Below, one piece after another: positions 1 through 11,800 of a stretch of DNA of 64,000 bases. The stretch comes from Tubulanus polymorphus (Eukaryota > Animalia > Nemertea): positions 19,242,210 to 19,306,209 of the forward strand of contig NC_134030.1 in the NCBI RefSeq assembly GCF_964204645.1, given 5' to 3'. The translations under genes and the position numbers were made by a program. The first letter of the stretch is position 1. Each line of letters begins with the position of its first letter. The notes below the pieces were generated by a model. It saw only the letters and a program-made list of their open reading frames with translations, had not been told where the DNA came from and made no database searches.

Positions 1-768
1 ATTTTTCCCGAAGCCATACTAATTTCTCTGTAACAACATCCAGTTTCGTGATGACATTCAACTAACAAATGCACCATGCATCATTAAGCATAATTTGATG
101 TTTTTTTGTTCAACCTACCTTTTATTTTAGAGCAATGTCCGTTTCAAACGTGTTTTTTTTTTAATCGTTGACGGTGAGAATCAGCGGCAGAAAAGGACGA
201 AAAGAAAACTGTAAGATCTGTTAGACTTGTTGATGTAAACCTACAACCAAACCAATCGCAGACGATAGGAATCCTTTTGTTGTTTGTGTCTTTCGGCAAG
301 TTGGGCGTGGACCATGAATTATGACATTATGTTAAACTACATACCGGTACAAAAAGACTGTGTCGTCACTAGTGTGCCTGCGGCTCATTTACATATATAT
401 GTTTTAATTCTCGTACTACTCTCTGATTGGTGGAAGGATAGACTGATGTACACACTGTTACACACTCACATATGATTCTCCTCGGGAGTCTTTAAATTCT
501 CAACATCCCGGGATCTTTTATATCAAACGTAAAAATCCAAACGAAAAAGGTACGTAACTTGAATAAATGTTTGGCTTTACTGGAACAAGTATACTCTCCA
601 ATTATAAGTCTGACCGTTTGGTTCTATTGATCAAGTGGTACACACCTCTTAGATATCTTTGTTTCTAACTTGATTTTGAATAAGCATTGGGTTTGGCAAT
701 GGGTCAGTTCTTGCAAAACATCGGGCATAATAGAATAAGACAAGATATTTTTTATCTTAGGAAAAAGA

Positions 769-1755
769 ATGGTTTATACAAATATTTCTGAGAGTGAAAT
801 GTGTTGGACGAAGATTTATGGGTGGACGATGCCGATTACGATCAACCTCAACAAAGTTTCTGCATATGTGTTCCCTTTGTTAAGTCTAATCGGTTTGATA
901 ATTATCGTATTAGGAACTTATAAGAAATCGTCGTATAGTTCTGGCCATCTGTACATGTTAGCTTTAGGAATGGCGGATTTATACGCGATATTCAGTGTCG
1001 AGGTGCCGTTTCTGATGGATGTAGCTCACGTGAAATTCAGCAGATCCATGTGTATAGTGAAAGCTTTCCACACAAATTGCCCGAAACAAATCTCGATCTG
1101 GATTCTGGTCATGATGACGATCGACCGCGCGGTTGCGGTTACTAAGCCTCTAAAGGCTGCCGCATTGTGTACTGTACCCAGGGCTAAAAAAGCTATAGGC
1201 ATTGTAAGTGTGTTTCTGTTCATCGTAAATGTAGTTGGAGCAGCTTTTCACAGAGATATAGATCTAAGTGGTAAATGGACTTCGTGTGTCATTGAGAATC
1301 TGATTGGGTCGGCAGTGTATTCTACTCTCAACAACACCCTGGCATTATTTCTGCCATTTATCGTTGTTGCAGTAGCGAACAGTTTCATAATTGTTGGTGT
1401 GAGAAGGTCTGCAAACATGGATACAACTCAGCAGGACACTAGAAAATTAACTACAGCTAGAAGGATCACAGTTTTGGTAATTTCAACCTCAGTGACATTT
1501 TTAGGTTTCTCATTTATTGCGGCACTCACCGGAATTTTAGAATATGAGCATGGCTCGGAAACATACTTGTATTATATGAATCATTGTGGTGAACATTTGA
1601 CCTACGGAACATTTGTAATAATTGGAAATTCAGTTGGCCTTGTTTTCTATCAGGCAAACCATGTTATTAATGCTTATATATTTTTGTGGAGTCATAATTT
1701 TAGAAATGATATCAAAGACGGAACTAAAGTATTTATCAATAAGTTTAAATGTTGA
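769..1755 (+). CDS. Orphan class A (rhodopsin-like) 7TM GPCR, family 'A' (328 aa), single coding exon; chemoreceptor-like
   Basis: Seven hydrophobic segments; TM2 LALGMADL, TM3 Cys and MTIDRAVAVTKPL, LCT..RAKK in ICL2, TM5 LFLPF..N, TM7 NHVINAYIF, helix 8 NFR. A splice acceptor (tttttatcttag) just upstream of the ATG suggests a 5'UTR intron. Confidence 0.92.
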   Translation: MVYTNISESEMCWTKIYGWTMPITINLNKVSAYVFPLLSLIGLIIIVLGTYKKSSYSSGHLYMLALGMADLYAIFSVEVPFLMDVAHVKFSRSMCIVKAFHTNCPKQISIWILVMMTIDRAVAVTKPLKAAALCTVPRAKKAIGIVSVFLFIVNVVGAAFHRDIDLSGKWTSCVIENLIGSAVYSTLNNTLALFLPFIVVAVANSFIIVGVRRSANMDTTQQDTRKLTTARRITVLVISTSVTFLGFSFIAALTGILEYEHGSETYLYYMNHCGEHLTYGTFVIIGNSVGLVFYQANHVINAYIFLWSHNFRNDIKDGTKVFINKFKC

Positions 1756-2169
1756 AATGAAAACGGCTCGCTGTCCATTACATCACCACCTCTATAAATC
1801 TTCATATGGCATCACCAGAGGGAATAAAGTAACCTGAATGCATAGCACCTAAATCCTAATTGATCCGATTTTTTAACTCCATACCTTCCACATCGTCAAC
1901 TACGTACACTCACGTTTGGCTTAAAGTCAATGCTCTTTAAAGCAATTCTTGGAAGGAATATTGGCTCTAAATCTCTTAGCTTACCAATTCCTGCTTTTAA
2001 AGGATTTTATTGTCAAAATGCATTCGAGATAACGAGTGCCTATGGCTAAAGACGTTTGGTTAAAGAGGTACCTTTCAAGAGAACTTAAAAACGGAACTTA
2101 TTTTAAAAGTTGGAGTGACTGATATGTTTTATATTACATTTATAATCTCATTGCTTATTCTGTTTTATG

Positions 2170-2290
2170 TAAATTATCATTATTATCATTATTATCATCA
2201 TTTTCATCACCACCACCACCAACCATCACCAATCATCATCAATCATCATCATCATCATCATCATCATCATAATTATTATTATTATTAATG
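2170..2290. repeat. Compound (ATT)/(ACC)/(ATC)n microsatellite
   Basis: Runs of tcattat, cac and catcatcat read directly. Confidence 0.9.
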
Positions 2291-3649
2291 ATAAAAACAG
2301 TTGCTGATTTTTATTTCGAAAAGAACTTGGTGTTGACATTGTTAAAATTGTGGTAAAAAGGACGCTTGGGAGTTAGCATTCAGTTAGAATTATTAAATAA
2401 AGGACCCCGGATCCAGTAGAATCAACTGACTACATTTTAGTTTTGAGCAAAAAATCGATTTGTTCTTGGATTTACAATAACGTATGAATAGCTGATAAAG
2501 ACGAAATCATGTTGTAGTGTGTATTAATGCTCAAATTTTATGATATATGTACATGGTAATCGGTTTTCAAACGAGTCACAGTTACGCGGTAGAACTGATA
2601 TGACTGACTTGATATGATTATGATGTCAGTGGGAAAAGCTCTCCTAGAGCTACTTCCAAGTGATGCTCTTCTGAAGTGCTTTCCCTGTGATATCATGAAA
2701 CATGTCAAGCATCGAGTAGTAGAATGGGAAAATGCATTGAAATTTCTCCCAGCACTTCCAAAAGGCTAAGCGCTGATGGATGAAATTTGCCATATCAATT
2801 CCAACGAAAACTGGCGGTGGGGGAGTGGTGCCCCGACAAGACCCACCCTTTTGCTATGTCCATTACCCTGGTTATGTTTCAGAAAACTACAAAATGAAAA
2901 CGTACAACAGGAATGCTTGTAACAGTTTCACTCGCATTAGCAGTGTTCATACTTCCATCTGCTATTACCCCTTTCTAACTATCACACCGCGACAGAGAGA
3001 CTTTCTTTGTGACATGTCCACACAATTCCATGTTTGTATCAATGTGGTAAATTTGTACATATAAATTTTACTGGGCAGGGAAGTTCGTTAATATTGATGT
3101 GTAAGGATCCGTTAAAATAAATCTAAGAAGCAGAAGATATGTTGCCAGTTATCCAGAATTGCACACTCGCGACTCCCTGTGGCTGTGCCTCCACAAATAG
3201 CCACTTTCCATGGACGATCGCTTATATAACAGGAGCTAACCTAATAGTTCTACCAGAAGTTGACAATGAAAGCAATAAAAAGCCCCATAATGGTAATTTT
3301 TTCTTTCAATGTCTCGGCAAATTTGAACTCATATGCTATAATGTTGAACTCATATGCTATAATGTTTCGAGTTGTGTTTTGGAGGTTTAACACGTATTTG
3401 AACGTTCAAGTATGGATCACTTTCGAAAGGAGGAGATTGTAGACGAACCATTTGGACCAACGACATCGAAAAATATTGAAATAACACCTATGGCTGAAGA
3501 AATGTTTTGAACATGGTGAATTTTATTTTTTCCTTCAAAGAAAGATTAAATTTAGTGAATATATTTCCATGTAAAGTAATTTCTGCTCGATTAAAATACA
3601 TCATATTTCAATGAGACCAGTTAAGTAATTGATATTCTATGTTCACAAT

Positions 3650-4636
3650 TCAAACCCCACGTAGTCTTTCGATGCTAGTTCTGACTTCGTTACGAAAGTT
3701 TGCACTGCTCAGAAATATGCAGGCGTTCACCCAGTGGTTCGCGTTCATTAGAGCAATACCTACGCAGTACCCAAACATGAGAAACAGTGTGTAATATTCA
3801 TATTCACAGTGAACATAGTAGAAGTCGGCAGTTTCACGAATTGACCCATACTCTAAAAATAAAATTGTTACCACGGCGAAAAGAATCGAAAGAACCACGA
3901 ATGCCACGGATGTTGAAATTACTAATATTGTTATTTTCTTTGCTGTGACTTGTTTTTTGGTATCATTGACTCGAGTTTTCTCCATGTTAGCAGAACCTCT
4001 CACGCCCACTATTATCATAGCATTTGCCACAGCAAGAATCAAAATTGGTATAAATAGTGACATAGCGTTGTTGAAATGGAAAAAGGCAGTATAGGCGACA
4101 TCGTTATCGATCATGCATGTTGTCCATGTGCCAAAAAGGTCTTTATCAATATGAAAAGCGGCCCATATAAGATGGACGAGTAACAGCAAACAAGTAGTAG
4201 TCGCTATCGCCTTCTTGGCCCTGGTAACAGTACACAGTGTGGTAGCGTGGAGAGGCCTATGAACGGCTACAGTGCGGTCAATTGTCATCAGGACCAGAAT
4301 CCATATAGCTACCTGTTTCGGGCCATCTAGATGGAAAGCCTTGACGATACACATGGCTCTGTTGGATTTTACTCGGTAGAGATCCATCAGGTAAGGCACT
4401 TCGATACCCACAATCGCGTACAAGTCTGCCATTCCTAATGCCAACATGTAGAAATGGCAGGAACTGTAGGACGATTTTCTGTAAGTTCCCAGGACTATGA
4501 CGACAAGACCAATAAGACTCAGACCTGGGTAAGTCCACGCAGATGTAGCAACTATATATGTGGTTATCGGTGTTGTCCAGCTCCATCTTTCGACCCAACA
4601 CATAGTACTTTCATTTGCATTGCCGTAATAACCCAT
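3650..4636 (-). CDS. Orphan class A GPCR, diverged paralog of 769..1755 (328 aa)
   Basis: Shares GTYRKSSYSS, YMLALGMADLYAI, MCIVKAFH, MTIDR, ITILVISTSV and NFRN with the 769 gene; convergent orientation. Acceptor ttcttgtag near 4651 and candidate donor aggtaagc near 4978 (minus strand). Confidence 0.92.
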   Translation of the reverse strand: MGYYGNANESTMCWVERWSWTTPITTYIVATSAWTYPGLSLIGLVVIVLGTYRKSSYSSCHFYMLALGMADLYAIVGIEVPYLMDLYRVKSNRAMCIVKAFHLDGPKQVAIWILVLMTIDRTVAVHRPLHATTLCTVTRAKKAIATTTCLLLLVHLIWAAFHIDKDLFGTWTTCMIDNDVAYTAFFHFNNAMSLFIPILILAVANAMIIVGVRGSANMEKTRVNDTKKQVTAKKITILVISTSVAFVVLSILFAVVTILFLEYGSIRETADFYYVHCEYEYYTLFLMFGYCVGIALMNANHWVNACIFLSSANFRNEVRTSIERLRGV

Positions 4637-5639
4637 CTTTCATTTTTTCCTACAAGAATTAAAGATTCCCGTGTACGCTACCAAATTAATGTGTAAAAAG
4701 GTCTAGACCCATCGCTGCTAACTTTATAAGTTGACCCAGCCCTATATTCCCTACATATTACTTCTTACAAATGCTAAAAGTAACCGACCTGTCAGTTACA
4801 GGAATGAACTAATTACAAATTCTACTCCAGTCTATTAAAGACCTGACTTATCAGGTAACACATGAAGTCATTTCCGTTCGATTCGTTCTTTAAATCTCGG
4901 CTTCGTTAGCTAAGGGTATTTCGTATTTACCTTTCACAAACTGCAGAAAAACTAAAATTAGTTTTAAAAAATGCTTACCTTGGCATACAGAATCTTCCTT
5001 CACTATAACAACTAATGCGCTCTTGGTTTAAAAAGCACATCGCAAATACTAATCGGTGTCAAACCTTTGATGAGATGCGAAGACTCCTTTTTAGTATGAT
5101 TATGGTATCAACCAATCAACACTCGTCGCATAGTTCGCCATCCACTCAACTTACATCGTTTAATAATTATTTGACGTTATGCAAGGCATGTCGTTGCTTT
5201 GCACATTTCTGAGGTATGATATTCTCATTCAACTTGAAAGTAGGTCTAATTATCATTCCGTCCACACCCAATTGCTACCGTAAGCTATTATTCTTCTCTT
5301 ACGATAGTATTACCTTTGTATTATGTAGGGTTTCTCAGTGTTTTATTCGTCGCTGGTTTCGCTAGTCTTCGGGGTGTTCTATTGTCTTTGTATGGAAGAC
5401 TGTGCCTAACTGCATGATGCATTAGTCTGAATCGTCAATTTGAAAAAAATACGTTATATTATTTACCAAAATGTTTTACCATTTAGACACCGAGAACGGT
5501 TCTTTGCCCTGTGTTTTGTTGTAGTGCTCTAGGCGAATAAATCAAGGACCTAAACGCTGTGCGATGGTCAACTTTGAAACGTCCTGCACGATTTTCTCTT
5601 TCCTGAATTATGATTATAACCCACTACGTACGTACGAAT

Positions 5640-6010
5640 TTAATTAAAAGATTTAAAACTTAATCTAAAATCTAATGGCACACCTTTTGAGCTAGCTCTA
5701 GAATTAGTAATAATTCTCGTGAAAAATTGATTTTGGTTTGAAAAGTTGCTTACATACCTACCTTGCTTTGTGACAATATTCTTAATCACACCGAGCGAGA
5801 TTTGTGTTGTGAAATCTTCTGCGCTCAAGCTGATCAGGTGAAAAATTCCGTCATCATTTTTCTTTTCCTGCAATATATTCAAAATAAGACAAAATAAGTT
5901 GTAATTCATGGGTCTATGAAAAGAGCCTACTACCAATCATGCATCGTAAAAAGATTCATTTTCATAATGCTCCTTGTTCCATAACATTCCTAGTGCGACA
6001 CTTAAACCAG
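5640..6010 (-). pseudogene. Possible highly decayed GPCR relic
   Basis: Translates to WFKC... and VVGSFHRPMNY, resembling ICL2 and the TM4-end VVGAAFHRDID of the neighbouring GPCRs; multiple stops and frameshifts. Confidence 0.3.
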
Positions 6011-6247
6011 CAAGGCAGAAACCCGTTATCGCTGCTTTGCAGCTATATTTATTATCATTGTTTTTTCACACTGTATCTTCCTGAAATTAAGTAAACTACT
6101 GTAACTACTGTAACCTACTTCCATTTTGGTGATACCGTAACGTATCATAAGTATTAAGGTGCATTGACAATTAAACAATGCATACAATACAAACACTGCA
6201 CATAATATGAATGAGAACTTCTTTATTTTGTCATTGAAAGGCTCTTA

Positions 6248-6375
6248 AGGTTCTTAGAGGTTTAAAAAATATTTCCTTAGCTCCGAAAACTTCACGAACA
6301 AAACGTACAACAATAATACTTGTAACTGTATCACTGGCATTCACTAGTTTTTGCCGATTCCCATGAACCAACTTA
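6248..6375 (+). pseudogene. Fragment (ICL3-TM6) of family 'B' GPCR
   Basis: agaggtttaaaaaatatttccttagctccgaaaacttcacgaacaaaacgtacaacaataatacttgtaactgtatcactggcatt aligns with ~7360-7445 of the 6693 gene. Confidence 0.8.
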
Positions 6376-6692
6376 ACTGGAAAAAAACGCTGAAACCCTT
6401 TTCATACAAAAACACCCGTTATCACCGTTGGATTGTTTTGGTTTTGTCAAGCAACTGATATAATTGATTATATAATTTAGTGTCGTAAATCTGAGTAAAT
6501 TGTGTGTTAGATTCCCGCAAATTGATGTATGATGCGTCAGATTGTATTTCAACAATACATTTTATCTCGAACAAATGACGTATAGTTTACACGAATTCAT
6601 TAGTATGTGTGTGGATTTCTTAACAGTGAATTAAATTGGATTACCAATATGTAACTAGACAGTCAGTGCAAACACGAGACATTGGAACGACC

Positions 6693-7631
6693 ATGAATTC
6701 TACAGCGGCGCAGAATGTCAATGGAACTTACAAGAACTTCATCCTGCTTATGTCCGTGGCGAACAGGTCTGGAATCTACCGAACTGTATCATTGATCATT
6801 CTCGTTATCTTGTTTATTTTAGGAGCTTTTGGGAATTCTGCTACTTTCCTCATAATGATAAGTCGTAGATTTCGTAGTTTATCTTACGCAAACTATCTCA
6901 TAGTTTTGTCCGTCTGTGATTTGCTGGTTTGTATCAGTTTTACACTGATGCCCGTTTTACAGTTCGGTCTCTTGCATCTAAACGCCGGTTCTATCTTGAA
7001 TTCACTGATTAGTTGTCAGATTTATTATTCTCTAATGGATTCAGTGGCTGCTAGCAGTTCGTGGTTATTAGTAGCTCTTTCTCTGGAACGTGCAGCAGTT
7101 GTTATCTTCCCATTCACAGCACGTTATATATGTACTCCAGGATTCGCCCGATGTGCTATTGTTTTTATTTTGATCATGAGTACATGTGTAACAGGTATTC
7201 AACAGACAATGTCTGTGGGCTTTTCGGAACAGATGGGATGCAACTTTTTGGAATTAGCTGATCAATCATCACTGTTTATCACATTTGTCGTCTATGTCTA
7301 CATTATTCCTTTAACAGTGATTATTACATCTTATTCTGTTATAGTAGTTCAGTTATTCAGAGGTTCAAAAAATATTTCATTGGCTCAGAAGACTTCAAAA
7401 ACAAAACGTACCACAATAATGCTTGTAACTGTTTCACTAGCATTTGCAACATTTACAATTCCAAACTGTTTTGCTGTATTTTTACCGATTCCAATGGACC
7501 AACGAACATTTTTATACGATATTTGTATTCAGTTTCAAGTTTGTAACTATGTTGTCAATTTTTATATATATCTTTTGCTGGGACAAGAAATTCGTGCGTA
7601 TTTCTGTATGAAAATCTGCTTAAAAAATTAG
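6693..7631 (+). CDS. Orphan class A GPCR, family 'B' (312 aa), peptide-receptor-like / chemoreceptor-like
   Basis: First ATG is at 6693 (MNSTAAQNVNGT, with N-glycosylation sequons); the ORF-track start at 6636 is TTG. Motifs GNSATF, YLIVLSVCDL, SSWLLVALSLERAAVVIFPF, IIPL, FTIP, NFYIY. Confidence 0.92.
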   Translation: MNSTAAQNVNGTYKNFILLMSVANRSGIYRTVSLIILVILFILGAFGNSATFLIMISRRFRSLSYANYLIVLSVCDLLVCISFTLMPVLQFGLLHLNAGSILNSLISCQIYYSLMDSVAASSSWLLVALSLERAAVVIFPFTARYICTPGFARCAIVFILIMSTCVTGIQQTMSVGFSEQMGCNFLELADQSSLFITFVVYVYIIPLTVIITSYSVIVVQLFRGSKNISLAQKTSKTKRTTIMLVTVSLAFATFTIPNCFAVFLPIPMDQRTFLYDICIQFQVCNYVVNFYIYLLLGQEIRAYFCMKICLKN

Positions 7632-7989
7632 TCAAATAATAACAAATGAGGGCCTATTTTTCATGTAACTCTGGCAAGGTCAGGTCGGACAACGCCCGCT
7701 TCTGCTAATCCTGTGAACCATACTACCTAAAGAGGATCGGATTCCGGTAAATAAACGTAACCCCACTGCACACTAGCCATGTCTGGTGAGGTGTGTGGCT
7801 AGACACTTGAATGAACTAAAATAATGTCTCAAAAGACCAGATTGATCTTTTCGAGAGGAAACGGCCATCTATCGACACCTCTCGGCGCTGCAGGTGATAG
7901 CTCGAGGTACAAATGGATTTTGTTCGTCTAAGAGTGCTACAAACGAGTGAGAACGATTCCTCAACGTTTCTAAAACTGTTGGCGTTAAG

Positions 7990-8443
7990 TCAGCACTAGT
8001 CCTGATCGAGAGATGTTTTTGACGGGTAAAATACGTTTTGTTTGATGGGTAAAAACGTTGTGTTTGACTGGCGATTGGCAAATATGAAGTTTGAATTTTG
8101 ACAGTATATCTACCGTAGCGATTTTGACGCGTCAAATGAACATTCAGTTTGACAGAATATCTACGATAGCGTTCTTGATGCGTCAAATTAAAATGAGTTT
8201 TGACAGAGGCCTGTATCTGCGATAGCGATTTGGTTTTGTCAGAATATGCGAGATCATATTTGACGCATCAAATACGATGTTTTGACGCGCATTTTATGTT
8301 GAGGTGACGAGCAAATTTGATAGTTTTGACCGGTATGAAATGAAGTTTTACGGGGTAAAAATGAAAGTTTGACGAGTAAAATATGGAAAGTTTGACGGGT
8401 AAATTTGATGTTTCATTTTGACAGAATATCTATGCCATAGTAC
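7990..8443. repeat. Degenerate repeat element built from TTTGAC/GTCAAA subrepeats
   Basis: Many copies of tttgacgg/tttgacag/gcgtcaaat in both orientations; probably a non-autonomous DNA element. Confidence 0.55.
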
Positions 8444-8852
8444 TAAGCAAATATTTGAGGCCTAGGCCTATAGAAAATTCCATAAGAAAAGACGGGAAAA
8501 ACAGACTTTTCCCCAGACATTGGCCGAATAATGATATTAAACCAACTTTCCGTTCTGTCGCATTTGTTCACTCTACCGTAGAGTCTACGGCAAACCGGTT
8601 TATGACGAATAAGCCGATATGAACCTGTTTAAACAAACCGATTTCAAACATATGGGTCTTAGTTAGACTGCGAATGCAGGTGGCGCAGAATTGGACAGGC
8701 GACCAGTCTACATTTTCTTTTGGCCAAAAATATCAATTCAAATCAATTCATCTATTTTATTTCGCAACATGGTACATTCACACGATTGAATTGAATTGAA
8801 ATTTATTGCGCCCTTAAACGTCAAACTGACAGCTTCGACGACTCGACTCGAA

Positions 8853-11800
8853 ATGCTAGACGACGACGATTTCCAGAGTTATTCTCCTGATTTAACGGGA
8901 GGAGCTGATGAAGAGGAGAACAACACGGCAGCTCCTGAAAATAGATCCCCTTCAGTGACGAGAAATAATGCAGTATGTAGTAAAATTATAGGCGGCCCTC
9001 AAGAGTCAAATTCACCAAAAAAATGCTACGCTGTGACACAGGGGCTTGTAAACTGGCTTGGATTTTACTTCCGGGTTGTTGATAATCTCGCGAGAATGGC
9101 GCTAAATTTAAACTGCAAATAAATTCAAAATATCACAGAAATACCTCGTGTTGATGTTGTTTATTTATCCACTATAGAGTTTTGATAAACAATTGGCTGT
9201 TAAGGATCAGTATCAGCGGACGCGACGCCTTACTATATTAAAATAACAAGGGATGAAACGGCTTCGCTTTTGCCTGTGACCGTATTGATGCGGCGGAAAC
9301 CACTGCGCATGCGCGGCAACTTTCCGAAAGGTTAAAATCAGTTCAAGTTCAATTGATTCTTCTCAAAAACCTATGTCAAGCCAAGGCAATCACACTTCTA
9401 AGGAAATTATCAATTTTTGAATTGATGTTGAAAAACTATAATGTGTAGTTTGATTGACAGCTCACAAGCGCTCGGAAGTTGCCGCGCATTCGCAGTGGTT
9501 TCCGCTGCATCAATATGGTCACAGGCAAAAGCGAAGCCGTTTCATCCCTTGTTATTTTAATATAGTAAGGTGTCGCGCCCGCTGATACTGATCCTTAACA
9601 GCCAATTGTTTATCAAAACTCTATAGTGGATAAATAAACAACATCAACACGAGGTATTTCTGTGATATTTTGAATTTATTTGCAGTTTAAATTTAGCGCC
9701 ATTCTCGCGAGATTATCAACAACCCGGAAGTAAAATCCAAGCCAGTTTACAAGCTGTGGCTACTCGTACGGACCCGTACGGATTATTCTGGAGACTATTC
9801 GTACGGGACTAGGATCTGTACGCTAATAACTGTCGCTGATTGGCCGATTAACGCCGCTCATGCGTACAGAGGTGCACGACTTAGAAAAATTCAAGGAAAG
9901 CGTGGAGAATAGAGTTAGAGAAAAATAGCGGATAGAGCGAGACTCGAACCCGGGCCAGCAAATTACTAGCGCAACATCGTACCACTAGACCACCGAGCTC
10001 GCTGACAGTCGGTCGAATGTTTTAACTAGATATAGCCTCACCTTACCCTAACCCTATCCCTTCCCGTACACATAATCCCAGAGTTATCCGACGGGTGCGT
10101 ACGAATAGCCTACGGAAGTATTCGTACGGGTCCGTACGAGTAGCCACTTCGAAAATGCTAAAACACTTCTACTCTATGCCTAATAGGTGGTATTTGAAAT
10201 TGGATGGGCCATAGGCCTACGTAGTTATTGTTCATAGGATAACTAGAAGCATTGGAACAAATCCAGGGTAAAAGTGCAGATCCGCACCTCTCCGCGTAAA
10301 CGGTTCAATCAATTTCATTAAATATCAATGTTTCAAATTTAAAATTCAGCAATTCAGTACATTGCCGGCATTGGTTAATTTTAAGATATCTTCACTAGAG
10401 AGAGTATAGAGATTTAAGCCTGGATTCTGTCATTCAGCAGATTGCGTCAATCACGAGAGGTGCAGATCTGCACTTTTACCCAAATCCAGTGGTAGTAGGC
10501 CTAGTCGTAGGCCCTTTAATGGGAGCCATGTCGTTTTACCAAACCACGAGTCAAGAAATGTATAGGAAGGCCATTTTTCAATTGTAGATTATTTTTAGAA
10601 AACATTGAGACTGTTTTGACGCCGTTAACAATTGGGCTATAGCTGGCAATGAAATTGATTTTTTTAAGTTCCCCAGAAGTAGGCCTACGACTACCAGATG
10701 GCATGAACACAGTGTCGGAGATACCCGAATGCCTCTTCGGGATTGCTGTGATGTCAGCCGTCCCGATACTTGTGGGTACCGGTAGATTTAAACATTACAG
10801 ATATCGGAGCGATTCCTGCCTTTGTGCATAGTATAGATAAATGTGGGATAACCAGATTGCTAACTTAATCACAACTGGATTGTTGTAATGATTCAATAGG
10901 GCTCTGTCTAATCTACCCGGTCGCCTAGCAGGGGCGGATCCAGGGGCATGTTGTGACCATGTCGACCAATAAAAAGGGCATATATTCTTTATTTAGGGCC
11001 GAAAGGCATATCGGTAAAATTTTTGAAATTTTACTATCTTTTTAGAGCTTTCTGAGCATCTCTGAGAGGCATTTAGTCAAGAAACATAGGTTATATATTG
11101 AGGAAAATATCTATTGTGTATCGCGGGTGGTTACAAGGGCAAATTTTGATACAGAGAAAAAATAAAAAGGCACTTTATAATTCCGACCGTGTCGGGCGAC
11201 ACGGTCTAAATCCGCCCCTGCCTAGGGTTAGGTCGACTTTATGTATAGATTATGTTAACCCATTAGATGCCGCAACTTCATATATATGTTCCTGAATAAC
11301 GAACGCTTAATGAGCCAATCGAATAGAATTGCATATAAAGATTAAGTAGACATGCAGTGAGTGTGAAAAGTACTGAAAATGATGCTTTACAACCATTGGT
11401 TATTTTGAAGATAATTATACAGGCTTATTATTGCAGTACAGATTTGGCCAATCAAAAGTTTGACCTTTGACCCCCTCAAACTATAGGTGGCGCTATAGTA
11501 CAGCGGACGTTCTGCTCAGATACAAGTTGAACGTCGACGGACACATTCTGCGGTCTATTGGATTAAATGGTTGATAATAAATGAAATACATGTATTTATT
11601 TTTTAGTCGAAACCACTATTGGAATGGATGGATATAAATATATCAGAACCAGAAAGAAGATACGGTGTCTCGATGAAAATGCAAGAGACCTACATGGTGT
11701 ATTTGATAGAAACGAGGTAAGCGTCGGTGTGAATATATTAGCCGCGTTCACATTAGATTCGGCGCTTACGAAGTACCGTACTTCGCTGGTGCCGAATTCA

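Noticed and set aside
1026-1837. Short ORFs overlapping or antisense to GPCR genes (also 37150, 37474, 48166, 48490 etc.)
   Set aside because: Shadow frames of real genes.
6636-6692. Longer N-terminus of the family 'B' GPCR
   Set aside because: Starts at TTG; the first ATG in good context is at 6693.
8973-9122. C-terminal part of ORF 8796..9122 as coding
   Set aside because: Runs past the GTATGT donor into intron and transposon sequence; only 8853-8972 fits SNX4.
9927-10000. Functional tRNA gene
   Set aside because: Anticodon arm and acceptor stem are poor, and it is embedded in a TIR element; SINE heads at 13.3, 16.3 and 18.0 kb rejected likewise.
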